Part shown: positions 23,906 through 36,852 of the stretch, in pieces | How the letters are laid out: each line of letters begins with the position of its first letter | Numbering within the stretch: the stretch's first letter is position 1 | Assembly: GCF_001194135.2 (NCBI RefSeq) | Contig: NC_068986.1 | Location: 58,566,568-58,609,138, forward strand | Length of the DNA: 42,571 bases | Direction: 5' to 3' | Source of the DNA: Octopus bimaculoides | Taxonomy: Eukaryota | Made by a program: the position numbers and the translations under genes | Notes under the pieces: model-generated | The model's input: the letters and a program-made list of their open reading frames with translations, nothing else | Database searches by the model: none | Told to the model about the DNA's origin: nothing

Positions 23906-24295
23906 AAGCAAAAACAAAGGAAGAGAGATATGACGTTTAAATGATGTTAAGAATCTCGTTTGATGTTAATATTCTGTGATATTCTTCAGCTTTAGGAAAA
24001 ATTGGCCATTATCAATAACTTTAACTGTGCCTCAAATTTACGATCAGATTGAGGCATCTGCCCCGGCCAATCACCATTGTTATTTTTTATTTGAAAATGG
24101 AAACTACATCAGACGTGTATATCTTAACACTTTTATTATTTGAATTATTGCTATGAAGAAGGAAATATTTTCTATCAAACGAGTAAAAGTTTGTTGCCGG
24201 AATTTAGATTATAACAACGATAAATAGTTACTTGTTAAGCTTTAGTAAGAATATACAATATTTATTTTATGAGTGTGTATATATACATACATACA

Positions 24296-24331
<36 letters not shown>

Positions 24332-24360
24332 TCTATATCTATATATATACATATACATAT

Positions 24361-24401
<41 letters not shown>

Positions 24402-25248
24402 NNNNNNNNNNNNNNNNNNNNNNNNNNNNNNNNNNNNNNNNNNNNNNNNNNNNNNNNNNNNNNNNNNNNNNNNNNNNNNNNNNNNNNNNNNNNNNNNNNN
24501 NNNNNNNNNNNNNNNNNNNNNNNNNNNNNNNNNNNNNNNNNNNNNNNNNNNNNNNNNNNNNNNNNNNNNNNNNNNNNNNNNNNNNNNNNNNNNNNNNNNN
24601 NNNNNNNNNNNNNNNNNNNNNNNNNNNNNNNNNNNNNNNNNNNNNNNNNNNNNNNNNNNNNNNNNNNNNNNNNNNNNNNNNNNNNNNNNNNNNNNNNNNN
24701 NNNNNNNNNNNNNNNNNNNNNNNNNNNNNNNNNNNNNNNNNNNNNNNNNNNNNNNNNNNNNNNNNNNNNNNNNNNNNNNNNNNNNNNNNNNNNNNNNNNN
24801 NNNNNNNNNNNNNNNNNNNNNNNNNNNNNNNNNNNNNNNNNNNNNNNNNNNNNNNNNNNNNNNNNNNNNNNNNNNNNNNNNNNNNNNNNNNNNNNNNNNN
24901 NNNNNNNNNNNNNNNNNNNNNNNNNNNNNNNNNNNNNNNNNNNNNNNNNNNNNNNNNNNNNNNNNNNNNNNNNNNNNNNNNNNNNNNNNNNNNNNNNNNN
25001 NNNNNNNNNNNNNNNNNNNNNNNNNNNNNNNNNNNNNNNNNNNNNNNNNNNNNNNNNNNNNNNNNNNNNNNNNNNNNNNNNNNNNNNNNNNNNNNNNNNN
25101 NNNNNNNNNNATAAATTGTCTCAGGGATTTAGCGCGCCAGGGCTGAGTCATTTGAAAATAACCCCAACGTAATCGGTAGAACTGTACGCACGTCAAACTC
25201 TATGAAGACAATTCGTGTATAGTTCTGCAAATTATATTGAATTAGAAC

Positions 25249-25318
25249 GGTTGTACTGACGAGCCACGGACGTTTTTACGTATGTAAAAGAGTTAATGGC
25301 GAAAACCGGTCTAGGATT
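25249..25318 (+). ncRNA. Type I minimal hammerhead-ribozyme-like motif (possibly inactive)
   Basis: CUGACGA 25256-62; stem II GCCA/UGGC 25263-66/25297-300; GAAA 25301-04; palindromic ACCGGU followed by C 25305-11; stem I GGUUGUA/UAGGAUU (6 of 7 pairs counting G-U). One extra A relative to the canonical core. Confidence 0.6.
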
Positions 25319-25757
25319 AATTCTTTATTTTGTATATTTTTATTTGTCTTGCCCGCTTATGTTCAGGTGTTTGCTGAATTTTTTCTGGAGAACATTCTTT
25401 TCTATGTGGTTAGATCGTAGATGATCTTTTTCTCGCATATCGGATGTCCAACTTCAAATTCCAGTTAGTTGAAATTGAGATTTACTACGAATCAATTGCA
25501 CCAAACATTATAGGTAAAATGTGAAATTATAATTTGAGTAGAGAGGAAATTACCCATCAATAAACAGTTTCACGCTGTTTTTGAAAGACATGTACGTATC
25601 TATAGTGCAGCACATTTGTATATAAATTTCAGTTTCTGTACCAGATAACTCTCTCGGGTCTGTTCAATTTGCACTTATCGGAAATTTTGACGGGAAATAT
25701 TTTACCAATATTCTTCGCATTGAAACATCTTCATTAACTTTATAAATAGAAGTATAT

Positions 25758-25813
<56 letters not shown>

Positions 25814-25814
25814 G

Positions 25815-26885
25815 GAAGAAAAATTCTATATTCTGTCCAGAATTACTTCCTATCGTCATTTCCAAACTTATTTAATAGGAAACTGGAAAAGTTTCTTGGG
25901 TGACTGCTTCATATTTTGGAGCAAAATTTAGGACATTACAAGATTCCTTAAATTAATAAACAGCATTTATGAATGAAAAGCAACATTCTAATAGTTAAAG
26001 TAAATGAATAGTTACAACTGGTCTCTACTGCAAGTACACAGACACACACCAATATTTAGATTTTAGGTATTGCTACACTTCCCATGTAATAAGGAACATA
26101 CCATTCATATGGCAAGATATATATGCTCAGTAATTAAGATGCCAATAGACGTGAGAAACGATTGGTAGGACTAAATATGTTCCTTCAAAAACAGAACCTC
26201 AAAAGTTAATAAATCATGCCATAACCAAAGCAAAAATGTCGTGATCTATACCTGACGGAGAAACACTCATTCTAAGGATGAAAACGAAAATACAAATACA
26301 AATAGTCGCCCATAATCCTAGGAAACACAACATCCTACATTCAGCCGAACGATACCTTCCAATTCCACATCGATTATCAACTCTCCGACAAATAGTTAGA
26401 AAGTCACAAATCATGAATAGCCGAAGACAACCACCAAATCTCAAGAGACTTCAAACACAGGTGGGTTTCACATTGGAGAAAGAAATAATACAAGTAACAA
26501 ACTGTGAGACCCTCGTTTGTAAGACATGTGAAATAACAGAGAAAGGAACAACTAAAAGATTCAAAAATAGGAAGGAACTGATAGTGAATGCAAACACGAA
26601 TAGCAAAAAAAACAAATCTCATTTACCGCATCAAATGCCGAAAATGTAAATGAGAATTACATTGGAGAAATAAGGACAAAGCTATCCAGTCGCGTAAAAG
26701 TGTATAAACAACAAATTAAAGATTCATCTCTAGGAAGCGTTCCATGTAGTAAACATATAGACATTTGTGCAAATGAAAAATTTTAAATATTCTCCTTTTA
26801 TAAACAAAAATATGAAAATAATCAACTATGAAAGGCAAAAGAATATTTTATAAAAATTCTACATCCGAAACTGAACCGGAAATAG
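25815..26885 (+). mobile_element. Penelope-like retroelement remnant: RT C-terminal part, linker and GIY-YIG endonuclease
   Basis: EEKFY...NWKSFLGDCFIFW (decayed RT YxDD motif); TGLYCKYTDTHQYLDF...IRNIPF; RRQPPNLKRL...CKTC; TNLIYRIKCRKC...YIGE; KAKEYFIKILHPKLNRK*. Multiple stops and frameshifts. Confidence 0.92.
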
Positions 26886-27149
26886 TTGACACCATTACAC
26901 ACACAAAAATATAAAAACAACTTCCTACTTATGCTGTAGCCCGTAACGCGTGTTTGAAAAGTTGAAAAACGAAAGCGTTTACACTCAAAATACACACTAG
27001 ACATAAAATACACACTATACACTAACTTCTTCCACAGCGGTTAAAATTTAAAAAATAGTTAATAATTTTTTTAAAATCTTTTTCAAATGATATGTATATT
27101 GTCTGATGTTCTAACGATTCTCTTAACTCACCACCAACCTTTGAGCTAC

Positions 27150-27310
27150 TTCGTTCTAATAGGTTCTAGCATAGGCACAAGGCTATATATTTGTTGGGAA
27201 GCGAACAGCAATAATATCGATCCATGACTCCTATTTCATTTTATCAATCCCAGAAGAATGAAGAACAAAGCTGACCGCGGTGCTGAATTTGAACCCAAAA
27301 CGTCAAAAAC
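27150..27310 (-). mobile_element. SINE family B, degenerate
   Basis: tttcattttatcaatcccagaagaatgaagaacaaagctgacc...gaatttgaaccc resembles the reverse complement of the family B body. Confidence 0.6.
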
Positions 27311-27871
27311 AAAATCTATATACATATAGCCCTTGCGTGAATTTCTTAAAACGGGAACGAAATGTTGGCAGGCAAACTTACCTGCATAATTGTTACAAGG
27401 TTGGACGCTCAATAACAATTTTACTAAAATAATACCTTTTTGAATCCTGTTGCTCGGTAGAGGGATCCATAAAGCAATTACAAATTACAATTAATCAGAT
27501 TTAAACATGCTTTACTTTACTTCAAAGTTAATGATTAGGCTTAGATTACTTATTTTGTACTGCAGCAGAATGTAAAGAAAATTCAAATAAGAGTATTGTA
27601 TTATTGGGAAATAGGATTGGTGGACAATATATATTTTTAACTGAAGGGAAAATGTCATTCGATAAAGGTACACAGAGGCTCTTTCTGCTATAATACTACA
27701 TCCTGTTTTAGTGTTACATATTTCGATTGAGTCAATACAGATTATTAAACGTGGTTGAATAAACGCTAATTCATAGGCTGCAGTATTTTATAAAATTCTA
27801 TGTGTCTATACTCACAAAAGCTTAATATACATACACAGTACAAATACTCAGTATTCATACACACGCACGCA

Positions 27872-27903
<32 letters not shown>

Positions 27904-28001
27904 CACACACATACATACACACACATATACACATGTGAAGGAGAGAGTGAATGAGTTACATATATTATGAATTAAAAAATNNNNNNNNNNNNNNNNNNNN
28001 N

Positions 28002-28075
<74 letters not shown>

Positions 28076-28269
28076 ATGTGCAGTTGTGCATTGTCATTTT
28101 TTGTTCAAGTAGAATGTGAAAGAGAGAAAGAAAGGGAGTGAAAGGATGAGATATAGAGTGAGAGAAAGCAAGAAATTCACAAAGGGAGCGATAGGCGATG
28201 AGAAATATAGCAAAGAAAGAAGAGACAGAGAAAGAAAAGAGAGACGGAGAGAAAGAGAGGGAAGAAGGG

Positions 28270-28278
28270 GTAGAGCTA

Positions 28279-28319
<41 letters not shown>

Positions 28320-28478
28320 GAGAGAGAGAGAGACAGAAAGAGAGTGACAGAGAGANNNNNNNNNNGTGACAGAGAGAGAGAGAGACAGACAGACAGAAAG
28401 AGAGTGACACAGAGAGAGACACAGAGAGAGAGAGAGAGACAGAAAGAGAGTGACAGAAAGAGAGAGACAGAGAGAGAG
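28270..28478. repeat. (GA)n/(GACA)n compound repeat
   Basis: Seen directly. Confidence 0.92.
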
Positions 28479-28599
28479 AAGCGCCTTACAAGGAAAATTC
28501 GATCAACGCTTCCTTAAATACTCTTTATTTGAATATAAGTTGGAATATGTGTCAATGTGTGTCACCGCATATATGTTCGTATATGTTATGGTATCACCG

Positions 28600-28785
28600 C
28601 TGTTATTATCGTTGTTGTCCTATACCGAGACGTCCCTGGGTAAGCGAGCAGACCGATAACCAACAAGATTCAGGTATAACCATAGATGATTAGGGATGTC
28701 CTTTTTTAATCAAAGACTGTTGAGTGTGGCCTAAAGAACATTTCTCTTCTATTTCTAGCAAGGCAAATTACCACATATAAGCTAC
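28600..28785 (-). mobile_element. Family C repeat, degenerate
   Basis: ttgttgtcc...ccctggg..agcgagcagacc...ctatttctagcaagg. Confidence 0.45.
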
Positions 28786-29224
28786 TCTTTTGTCCCGCTC
28801 GCACAGGTGTACAGTTTGTGTGGTAGGGATTTGCGCCCGCTGGAACCCCTACTTATATTTCCATATGAAATATATGTTTCTAACAAAGAAGTTAAAACAA
28901 ATTAGATCTTTATCATCAATCTTCCGAACCAACGTCTATGAATATTTGCATGTATGTATGTATGAATGGATGGATGGATGGATGGATGGATGGATGGATG
29001 GATGGATATGTGTATGTGCGTATATGTTTAGATTTATATATATATATGAATATATGTGTGCGAGTGTTTGTGCACATAGAGGGTATATTCACATAAACGT
29101 GTATATATATATGTATACACATAAATATATATACATCCGTATATTGGTATGTACCTATATATAATATATTATGTATATACCTACATACATGCACGTAAAT
29201 GCATTACATTTACAGGTGTATGTG

Positions 29225-29285
<61 letters not shown>

Positions 29286-29922
29286 NNNNNNNNNNNNNNN
29301 NNNNNNNNNNNNNNNNNNNNNNNNNNNNNNNNNNNNNNNNNNNNNNNNNNNNNNNNNNNNNNNNNNNNNNNNNNNNNNNNNNNNNNNNNNNNNNNNNNNN
29401 NNNNNNNNNNNNNNNNNNNNNNNNNNNNNNNNNNNNNNNNNNNNNNNNNNNNNNNNNNNNNNNNNNNNNNNNNNNNNNNNNNNNNNNNNNNNNNNNNNNN
29501 NNNNNNNNNNNNNNNNNNNNNNNNNNNNNNNNNNNNNNNNNNNNNNNNNNNNNNNNNNNNNNNNNNNNNNNNNNNNNNNNNNNNNNNNNNNNNNNNNNNN
29601 NNNNNNNNNNNNNNNNNNNNNNNNNNNNNNNNNNNNNNNNNNNNNNNNNNNNNNNNNNNNNNNNNNNNNNNNNNNNNNNNNNNNNNNNNNNNNNNNNNNN
29701 NNNNNNNNNNNNNNNNNNNNNNNNNNNNNNNNNNNNNNNNNNNNNNNNNNNNNNNNNNNNNNNNNNNNNNNNNNNNNNNNNNNNNNNNNNNNNNNNNNNN
29801 NNNNNNNNNNNNNNNNNNNNNNNNNNNNNNNNNNNNNNNNNNNNNNNNNNNNNNNNNNNNNNNNNNNNNNNNNNNNNNNNNNNNNNNNNNNNNNNNNNNN
29901 NNNNNNNNNNNNNNNNNNNNNN

Positions 29923-29979
<57 letters not shown>

Positions 29980-30081
29980 CATATATATATATACATATAT
30001 ATATGCATATTTATATATACACACATATATATATATATGTATGTGTATATATATATGTATGCATATATGTATGTATGTATG

Positions 30082-30122
<41 letters not shown>

Positions 30123-31000
30123 TTATATATATATATATATGTATCATCTGTGAAAATGTTGACCGGGCTGCAGGTAGGCAATGTGTGTAGCTAGTATCAA
30201 TAGAACAAACAAGTGATTAATAGCATCAACAACAAAAACAATAATATTTCTAACTTCCATACTCATTAGATCTGAAAATCAACAACAGCAACAACAATAA
30301 CTTCAACAAAATTTTCTAACTGCAGCTGAAAATTTTGAAGTTTATGCAGCGTCCATGATGGGCTAACACACACACGTACATGCATACATACATACATACA
30401 TACTCAGACACACACATTCACCACACGCACACATTTATACAGGTAATATACATCGGTCATGCACAGACACAAACAGATATATACATATATACTTGTGTAC
30501 ATACATCTTACATACACAGACACACCAAAGATTTATATCGACATTCATACACACACAAACGATATGTGAAAAGGTTTACAAAACATTTCACTGACCCCAA
30601 AAAAGTGACGATTCAACAACAGAGAGGGGACATTTAGCGACGTTACTCTCCTCATTCGTCCTTAATCGTGATAGAATAATAATATCCCAGTTTTGACTAG
30701 CTTTTCATTCAGGTGCCTCCTTCCTTCTTTCACCCAACCCCACACATTACTCCCTCTCTCTCTTTCTCTCTCTCTTCCCCTCTCTCTCTTTCTATCTCCC
30801 TCTCTTCTTCCCTCTAACCTCTCTCTTTATCTCTATTTAATTTCCCTTATGTATTTGGCTGGCTGGCTCTGTGTTCGTCTCCACATAGAAATAAATATAT
30901 AACAAGTCATTACTGTCAGGTAAAGAAAAAAGCATATACATACATAAATTAAAATTAGGAACCCTCAACATACCCGTGTCTGTGTTTATTTATTAGGACA

Positions 31001-31330
31001 CAGGTGCGATCTGATTGGTTTAGAAGTTCGTTTCTCAACCATGACGCCACAGGTTCGATCCCATTTGGGGTTATCTTGAAAGAAGTTGCATGATAAACTC
31101 TAGCTGTGTGAATGAAATTCGGAAAACGGAATCTATGTGAGAGTCGGTCGGATGGACAATAACTTTGGTATCTGTAATTCAAAAGGGCCGCCTTGTTCCA
31201 CGCTGATACAGTCGCAGAATTATTTTAAAGGACACGTACCTGTGGAATATTAAACTGTCTACACTCTACTTTAATGTGTAGGGAGTTTAGTTGATTGGAC
31301 AACTAAAATATTCATCATCGACGTAAACGA
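31001..31330 (+). mobile_element. Degenerate tRNA-derived SINE
   Basis: Head caggtgcgatctgattggtttagaagttcgtttctcaaccatg...ggttcgatccca (A/B box-like); tail resembles 17400-17500. Confidence 0.5.
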
Positions 31331-31474
31331 AGACCCATTTGCAATGTGTGCAGAACGTTCAGAAAGCAGAATGTTCAGTGATGAATCTAAATTTATTTTC
31401 AATTTATTTTTGCTGTTATAATTGAATTGTAGTTAATATTGGATAAAATGATTTTTTTAGTTTTCTTTTACATC

Positions 31475-31995
31475 TTTCTGAGTTTAAATCCTACCCAGTC
31501 TGACCACTTTGAGACTTTGCTTTTCATCAATCCGAGGTCGGTTAGTAAAGCGCCAGAGTACAGAGATCGATTTGATCGACTGTACTCTTGCTTCTCCTCA
31601 AAAAGTTCTGACACTGTGTTATGGTCACATACCAATATCGAAGTGTCTAACAAAATGTCCCGTGGTTTACCTTACAGCAATTTACTTTTCGAGTTCAAAT
31701 TCCACCCGAGCCTACAATGGATTTTCATTTTTCTTAGATCAACAAAATAAGTAGCAGTATATTGGGTTCGATTTCATGCAATTAACTAAACCTACTCTGC
31801 CTATAAGTGAATGACCGTTTGTCGAATTTAGAAAACATTATTATAACAGAGAGCATAGGTTGGCAGAATCAGTAGACCATCGAATAAAGCACCTCTCAGT
31901 ATTTAAGGACGTTCTTTTCACTTTCTGAGTCCAAATTCCACTAAGATTGGTTTCTGTCTTTCCCACTTCCGAGATTCTATAAAAGAAATATCAAC
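31475..31995 (+). mobile_element. Three successive degenerate SINE family B fragments
   Basis: ctgagtttaaatcc (31478), cgagttcaaattcc (31690) and ggcagaatcag...ctgagtccaaattcc (31862-31940), each followed by a family B-like body. Confidence 0.55.
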
Positions 31996-32689
31996 AAGAT
32001 ATTGATTGTGTGTGTGTGTGTGTGTGTGAGTGTGTTCTTGATTGGTGAAGAATTGGTGAAAGACAGCATCATTCGTCCGACAGACCAATGTGTGGTACCT
32101 TGCATTTTTGGCAGTGGCAACCACAAGGGGCTGCCTATAACGAGGCACAACAAATATATCAAAAAATATTTTCCAATTTTCCCGCCAATGTCACATTTAA
32201 ACTTACATATATAAATACAAAAATACGCACATATGTATGTGTGTATGAGTATATTCATACACACACACATATACATACATACATACATACATACACACAT
32301 ACATATATCCACACACATATATGTATGTATGTATGTATGTATACATGTATGTATGTTATGTTATGTATGTATGTATGTATGTATGTATGTATGTATGTAC
32401 GTACGTACGTACGTATGTATCAAAGTGCATGAGTATTTTCGGGCAGTTCCAACTTGCCAAGTTCTACTTAACAGGTATTGTTAAAACGACGAAGGAAAAG
32501 CAAGAATGTTACTTCTGTATAGTCTACATGGCGAAAGAAGTTGCACACTGACAACAATGAACTTCTACCTCAGCCTGTCCCACATCAAATTCTTCAGGTT
32601 CCAATTGGAGAGGAAGATTAAGGGTGAAGAGGAAGGAGATGCGCTGCAGTGAATTTGTTGAAAGGTAAGTGTGACTGATAAGAGTGGCA

Positions 32690-32750
32690 TGAATATATAA
32701 ATCCATTCTCCGTGAATATATAAATCCATTCTCCATGAATATATAAATCC
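32690..32750. repeat. 23-bp tandem repeat, about 2.6 copies
   Basis: tgaatatataaatccattctcc(g/a) at 32690 and 32713, partial copy at 32736. Confidence 0.95.
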
Positions 32751-32999
32751 TGTCGGTCGGAGTATATTGGTGGGCTCGAGTACCAGTATTTGCTACTATG
32801 ACAGTCATTAAATCTACGACAGTCATTAACTGGTTCTAGCCTGCAGTTCTTATATTGGGACATTTCATTAGTGTGTTTATAGTTTCTATGCCTGCTTTTC
32901 TTTCTGTGATTATGGGAGGTTTCCAATGAAGCTTTTGCCATTTTTGCAATTATTTATTTGTACAGACCACATCATCCTTCACCTTTGTTGCAAATTTAA

Positions 33000-33115
33000 A
33001 ATAAGCACATAATAAATGATCCACAAGCACTCGAGCAAACTGAGTTCCATTTGGCAAAATGTTTCCAAGGCGCCAGCAGGCCCTAAGAGACACATTCGAG
33101 TCCATAGAACATGAT
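33000..33115 (+). mobile_element. Possible 3' tip of an RTE-type LINE (zinc-knuckle-like remnant)
   Basis: GKMFP... and, in a shifted frame, KRHIRVHRT*, similar in form to the RTE C-terminus at 38070-38150. Confidence 0.3.
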
Positions 33116-33162
33116 TAACGCTTTATTTTACTGTACCCTCATTTGTCGTTAACAAGAGAATT

Positions 33163-33205
<43 letters not shown>

Positions 33206-33260
33206 NNNNNNNNNNNNNNNNNNNNNNNNNNNNNNNNNNNNNNNNNNNNNNNNNNNNNNN

Positions 33261-33305
<45 letters not shown>

Positions 33306-33519
33306 ACGTATGCATGTATGTATGTATGTAAGTGTGTGGGGGGTCATCGGCGGTGGGGAGGGGGATTGTTGGATACCATGCGGGATGAAAAATAATCCCA
33401 TCACAAAGTTGATAGAACTCATGAGTAGGCCATCCAACAATATGTGTATATGTATATACTGTTTTATCTCATTTTATTTATATTTTAAATTTCATGTATT
33501 TAATTTCATATATTAGGTG

Positions 33520-36500
33520 GCAGTTGGGGCTCCTTAACAGTGGTGAAAGAATCCTGTCTAGGAGAAGGAAACTCTGATATAAAGCCAAGCGTTTTATTAC
33601 TGAGGGTCTCCTTAACAAGGCTGTACTATCAGCAAACTCTGACTCATAGGGTAGACTAGTCTCTCCAGCTTGTTCATTGTGGCTTGTCTAGGAGATGGAA
33701 ACCTCTGAAGAAAAAGCCTGTGTTGTACTTGGTATTGTGGCACATATGTACGCCATATTCTTGCTATTGTCACTTCCAAAAGGTTTGGCTGGTTCTACAC
33801 AAGCCTTTAACACTTAAATCAAATCATATGTAAGGGTTATCTGACAACTTACATTTATTCATTCAATACTGCACAGCTCCGAACTTGCAAAAACGAAACA
33901 ATCCTCTGGCGAGAAAGTGAAAGCGGCAGAGACAGGTAAAGGATATTACTGGAAGTCTCTTGCTGGCTCTCTACACAGTTGGCAACCATTGGACGATGGC
34001 CATTCCAGCAGAGAACTTGTGAGTAACTGTGCTGTCCATGTCCTCCAGTGGGGACAAAACAGGACTATTTAGACATAGCAATGCTTTCCCCAACAGGGGG
34101 AAGGGCGAGAAAAAGAACCCTAAATATTGCTTACTCACCTTAAACTTGGCAGCCCGCTGCAGCTGTCCGGTTATTCAGTAACGCAGTCAATATATGAAGA
34201 AATCTAAGAATATTAACCTTGGTTCTTAGAATGTGTGCACTCTCTAAGACAATCACACAGCACCAGAACGAAAATCAGCACTGGTTGCCCCTGAACTAAA
34301 GAAATACAATATTGACATAGTTGCACTCAGTGAAACTGCAGGTTCATCACAGAAGAAAGAAAACGGATACGTATTTTTCTGGTGTGGAATAAATGAGGAC
34401 GAGCCGCACCGCTCTGATGCTGGTCTTGCCAACAAGACAGAAATAACTAGATCCTTTCTTTCTCTACCCAAAGGTATTTCTGATCGCATCATGTCACTAA
34501 CGTTGGAACTTCATCATAACACTCGTGTTACGCTTGTCAGTTTCTATGCTCCAACTATGGTCAGTACTGAGCAGGAAAAGGACGAATTTTACAACCAACT
34601 CCGTGATGTCATATCCAATAGTCACCATAGGGATAAACTTATCCTTATGGGCGACTTTAACGCTCTTGTTGGTACTGACTATCAGGCATGGGAGGATGTA
34701 CTTGGTTGCCATGGTGTAGTTCAAATGAACTCCAGCAGTCTGCGTGTGCTCTCCATCTGCAGGGAATTAAGTCGAAGCATTACAAGTACCTTTTTTCAAC
34801 AGCGAAATTGTTGGAAGACGACCTGGATGCATCTCATAGACTATGTTATCACTAAGAAGCGATATTTTAGAGACTTTAGCATTACACATTCCTTTCATAA
34901 CACCTGCTATCTCTCTGACCATTCCCTTCTCCATCTGAAACACACAAGACTACAAAAGTCATCAATGCCTAAGTGCATTAATATTTTGCCTTTGAAAACT
35001 GCTTAAAAGCACGCTGAGCTCTCTATCAAGTTGAACACTGCACTCAACACTTTTGGTATCAGTGATGACATAGAATCATCTTGGAAGGTTCTGCATGATA
35101 CAACGCAGTCTGCATCTGCAGAGGTTATTGGACTTCCTGTTCGTAAACATCAAGATTGGTTCAGTGATAACAACACAGATGTCCATCAGTTGATAACTAA
35201 AATGTACAACTCTCATAAGACATGGATAAATGATAAGAGTTCATCAGGAAAAGAGAATGCTTATAAGAAATGCAGAGGCCAGGTCCAACCTGGTCTGAGA
35301 CAGATGAAGGAGGCTTGGTGGTCTTCCAAGGCTACTGAACTCCAAGAAGCTGCAGACAGAAAGGATTCTAAAGCCTTTTATGGTGACCTCAAGAAAGTGT
35401 ATGGTCCTCAAACGCACGGTGTTGCTGCTATTTTTTCACCCAATAGATGTTAACTGACAAATATGACATCCTGAAACGATGGGAAGATCATTTCGAAACC
35501 ATGTTGAACTCCATCTCAGTCACTAATGATGACGCCATAATGTCTATTCCACAGTACGCTGAAATACCGGTTTTTCTCTGGAGCCAACCTTCATAGAAGT
35601 GGTAAACTCTGTTAAACAGATCTCTTCGGGTAAAGCACCTGGCAGGGATGCTATCCCTCCTGAAATCCACAAGCATGGTGGACGGAAGCTTTTTCAAGAA
35701 ATTGCATAACCTCTTCATAAATATTTGGATGGTACCAAAGGATTTCGAAGATGCCTCAATTCAACATATTTATAAGAACAAACAAAAGAGAAGTGTCTGA
35801 GATAATCTGCCTATTGCTGGTAAGATCCTTGCTCGACTCATCCTTGACAGGATCATCAAACACTTTGTAAGTGATATTTATCCAGAATCACAGTGAGGGT
35901 TTCGCTCTAGTTGTGGCACTATGGAAAAGGTACATAAGAAAAGTCAAGAATTGTTCATGGTATTTGTTGGCCTTACTAAGGCCTTCGACACTGTTAACCG
36001 GCAAGCATTTTGGAAAGCTCTGAAAAAGCTTCGTATACTCAATGTTGAATGATATCAACTCTTTTCATGAAGGAATGAAGGCTGCTGCCGTGTCCTGTGG
36101 GGAATCTTCGGCTTCCTTCAATGTTACAAACAGCACTAAGCAAGGTTGTCTAATGGCCTTGTTTTGTTTGCACTTTTCAGTGATGCTGAGGTATGATTTT
36201 GGTGGTGTCAAATTCCAGATTCGAATAAGTGGTGGACTATTCAATCATCAGCGTTTCAAAGCCAGAACACTGCTACGCACCAATATCATTCGCGATCCAC
36301 TTTTTGCAGATGATGCTATACTAGTAGAGACCTCTTTAGAGAAAGCTCAAGAACTTCTAGACTGCTTTTCTGCTGCATGTAAAGCCTTTGGTTTGACCAT
36401 CAGCATAAAGAAGACGGAAGTAATCCACCAACCTTGCCCTACTCCTAAACAAATTCGAGGCGTCAAGCAGAGGCTACCAGTTCACAATTTTCCTGACACT

Positions 36501-36845
36501 CCTATACAGGTTGATGGGGAAAAACCTGAATTATGTGTTGGCATTTACATATCTTGGTAGTAAAGTGAATTCGAGCGCTTCCCTTGATGAAGGCAACCAA
36601 CGCATTTGGCAAATTCTGTCATCGCCTATGGTATGAAAGGGCATCAAACTTGACACCAAAGTACAGGTCTATAAAGCTGCCATTCTTACTACTCTCTTGT
36701 ATGGCTCAGAATCGTGGATACCCTAGAGACGACACATTAACCAGCTAGACATCTTTCACAAAGGTTGTCTCAGAACAATCTGTGATTATTCACTAAAAGA
36801 CAGAGTTTCTAAAGCCGACCTGTTTAGCAAGTGTAAGGTTGGTGG
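33520..36845 (+). mobile_element. RTE (BovB-like) LINE, near full length and decayed: 5' UTR, APE endonuclease, RT
   Basis: From 34194 MKKSKNINLGS*NVCTL...PERKSALVAPELKKYNIDIVALSET; SFYAPT; LILMGDFNA.VG; LIDYVI; SDH; PVRKHQDWF; KAPGRDAIPPEI; RT LFADD at ~36300; LLYGSESW. Confidence 0.95.
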
Positions 36846-36852
36846 ACCCTAG

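Noticed and set aside
32690-32750. CRISPR-like array
   Set aside because: Repeats are contiguous with no spacers; eukaryotic context and no cas genes
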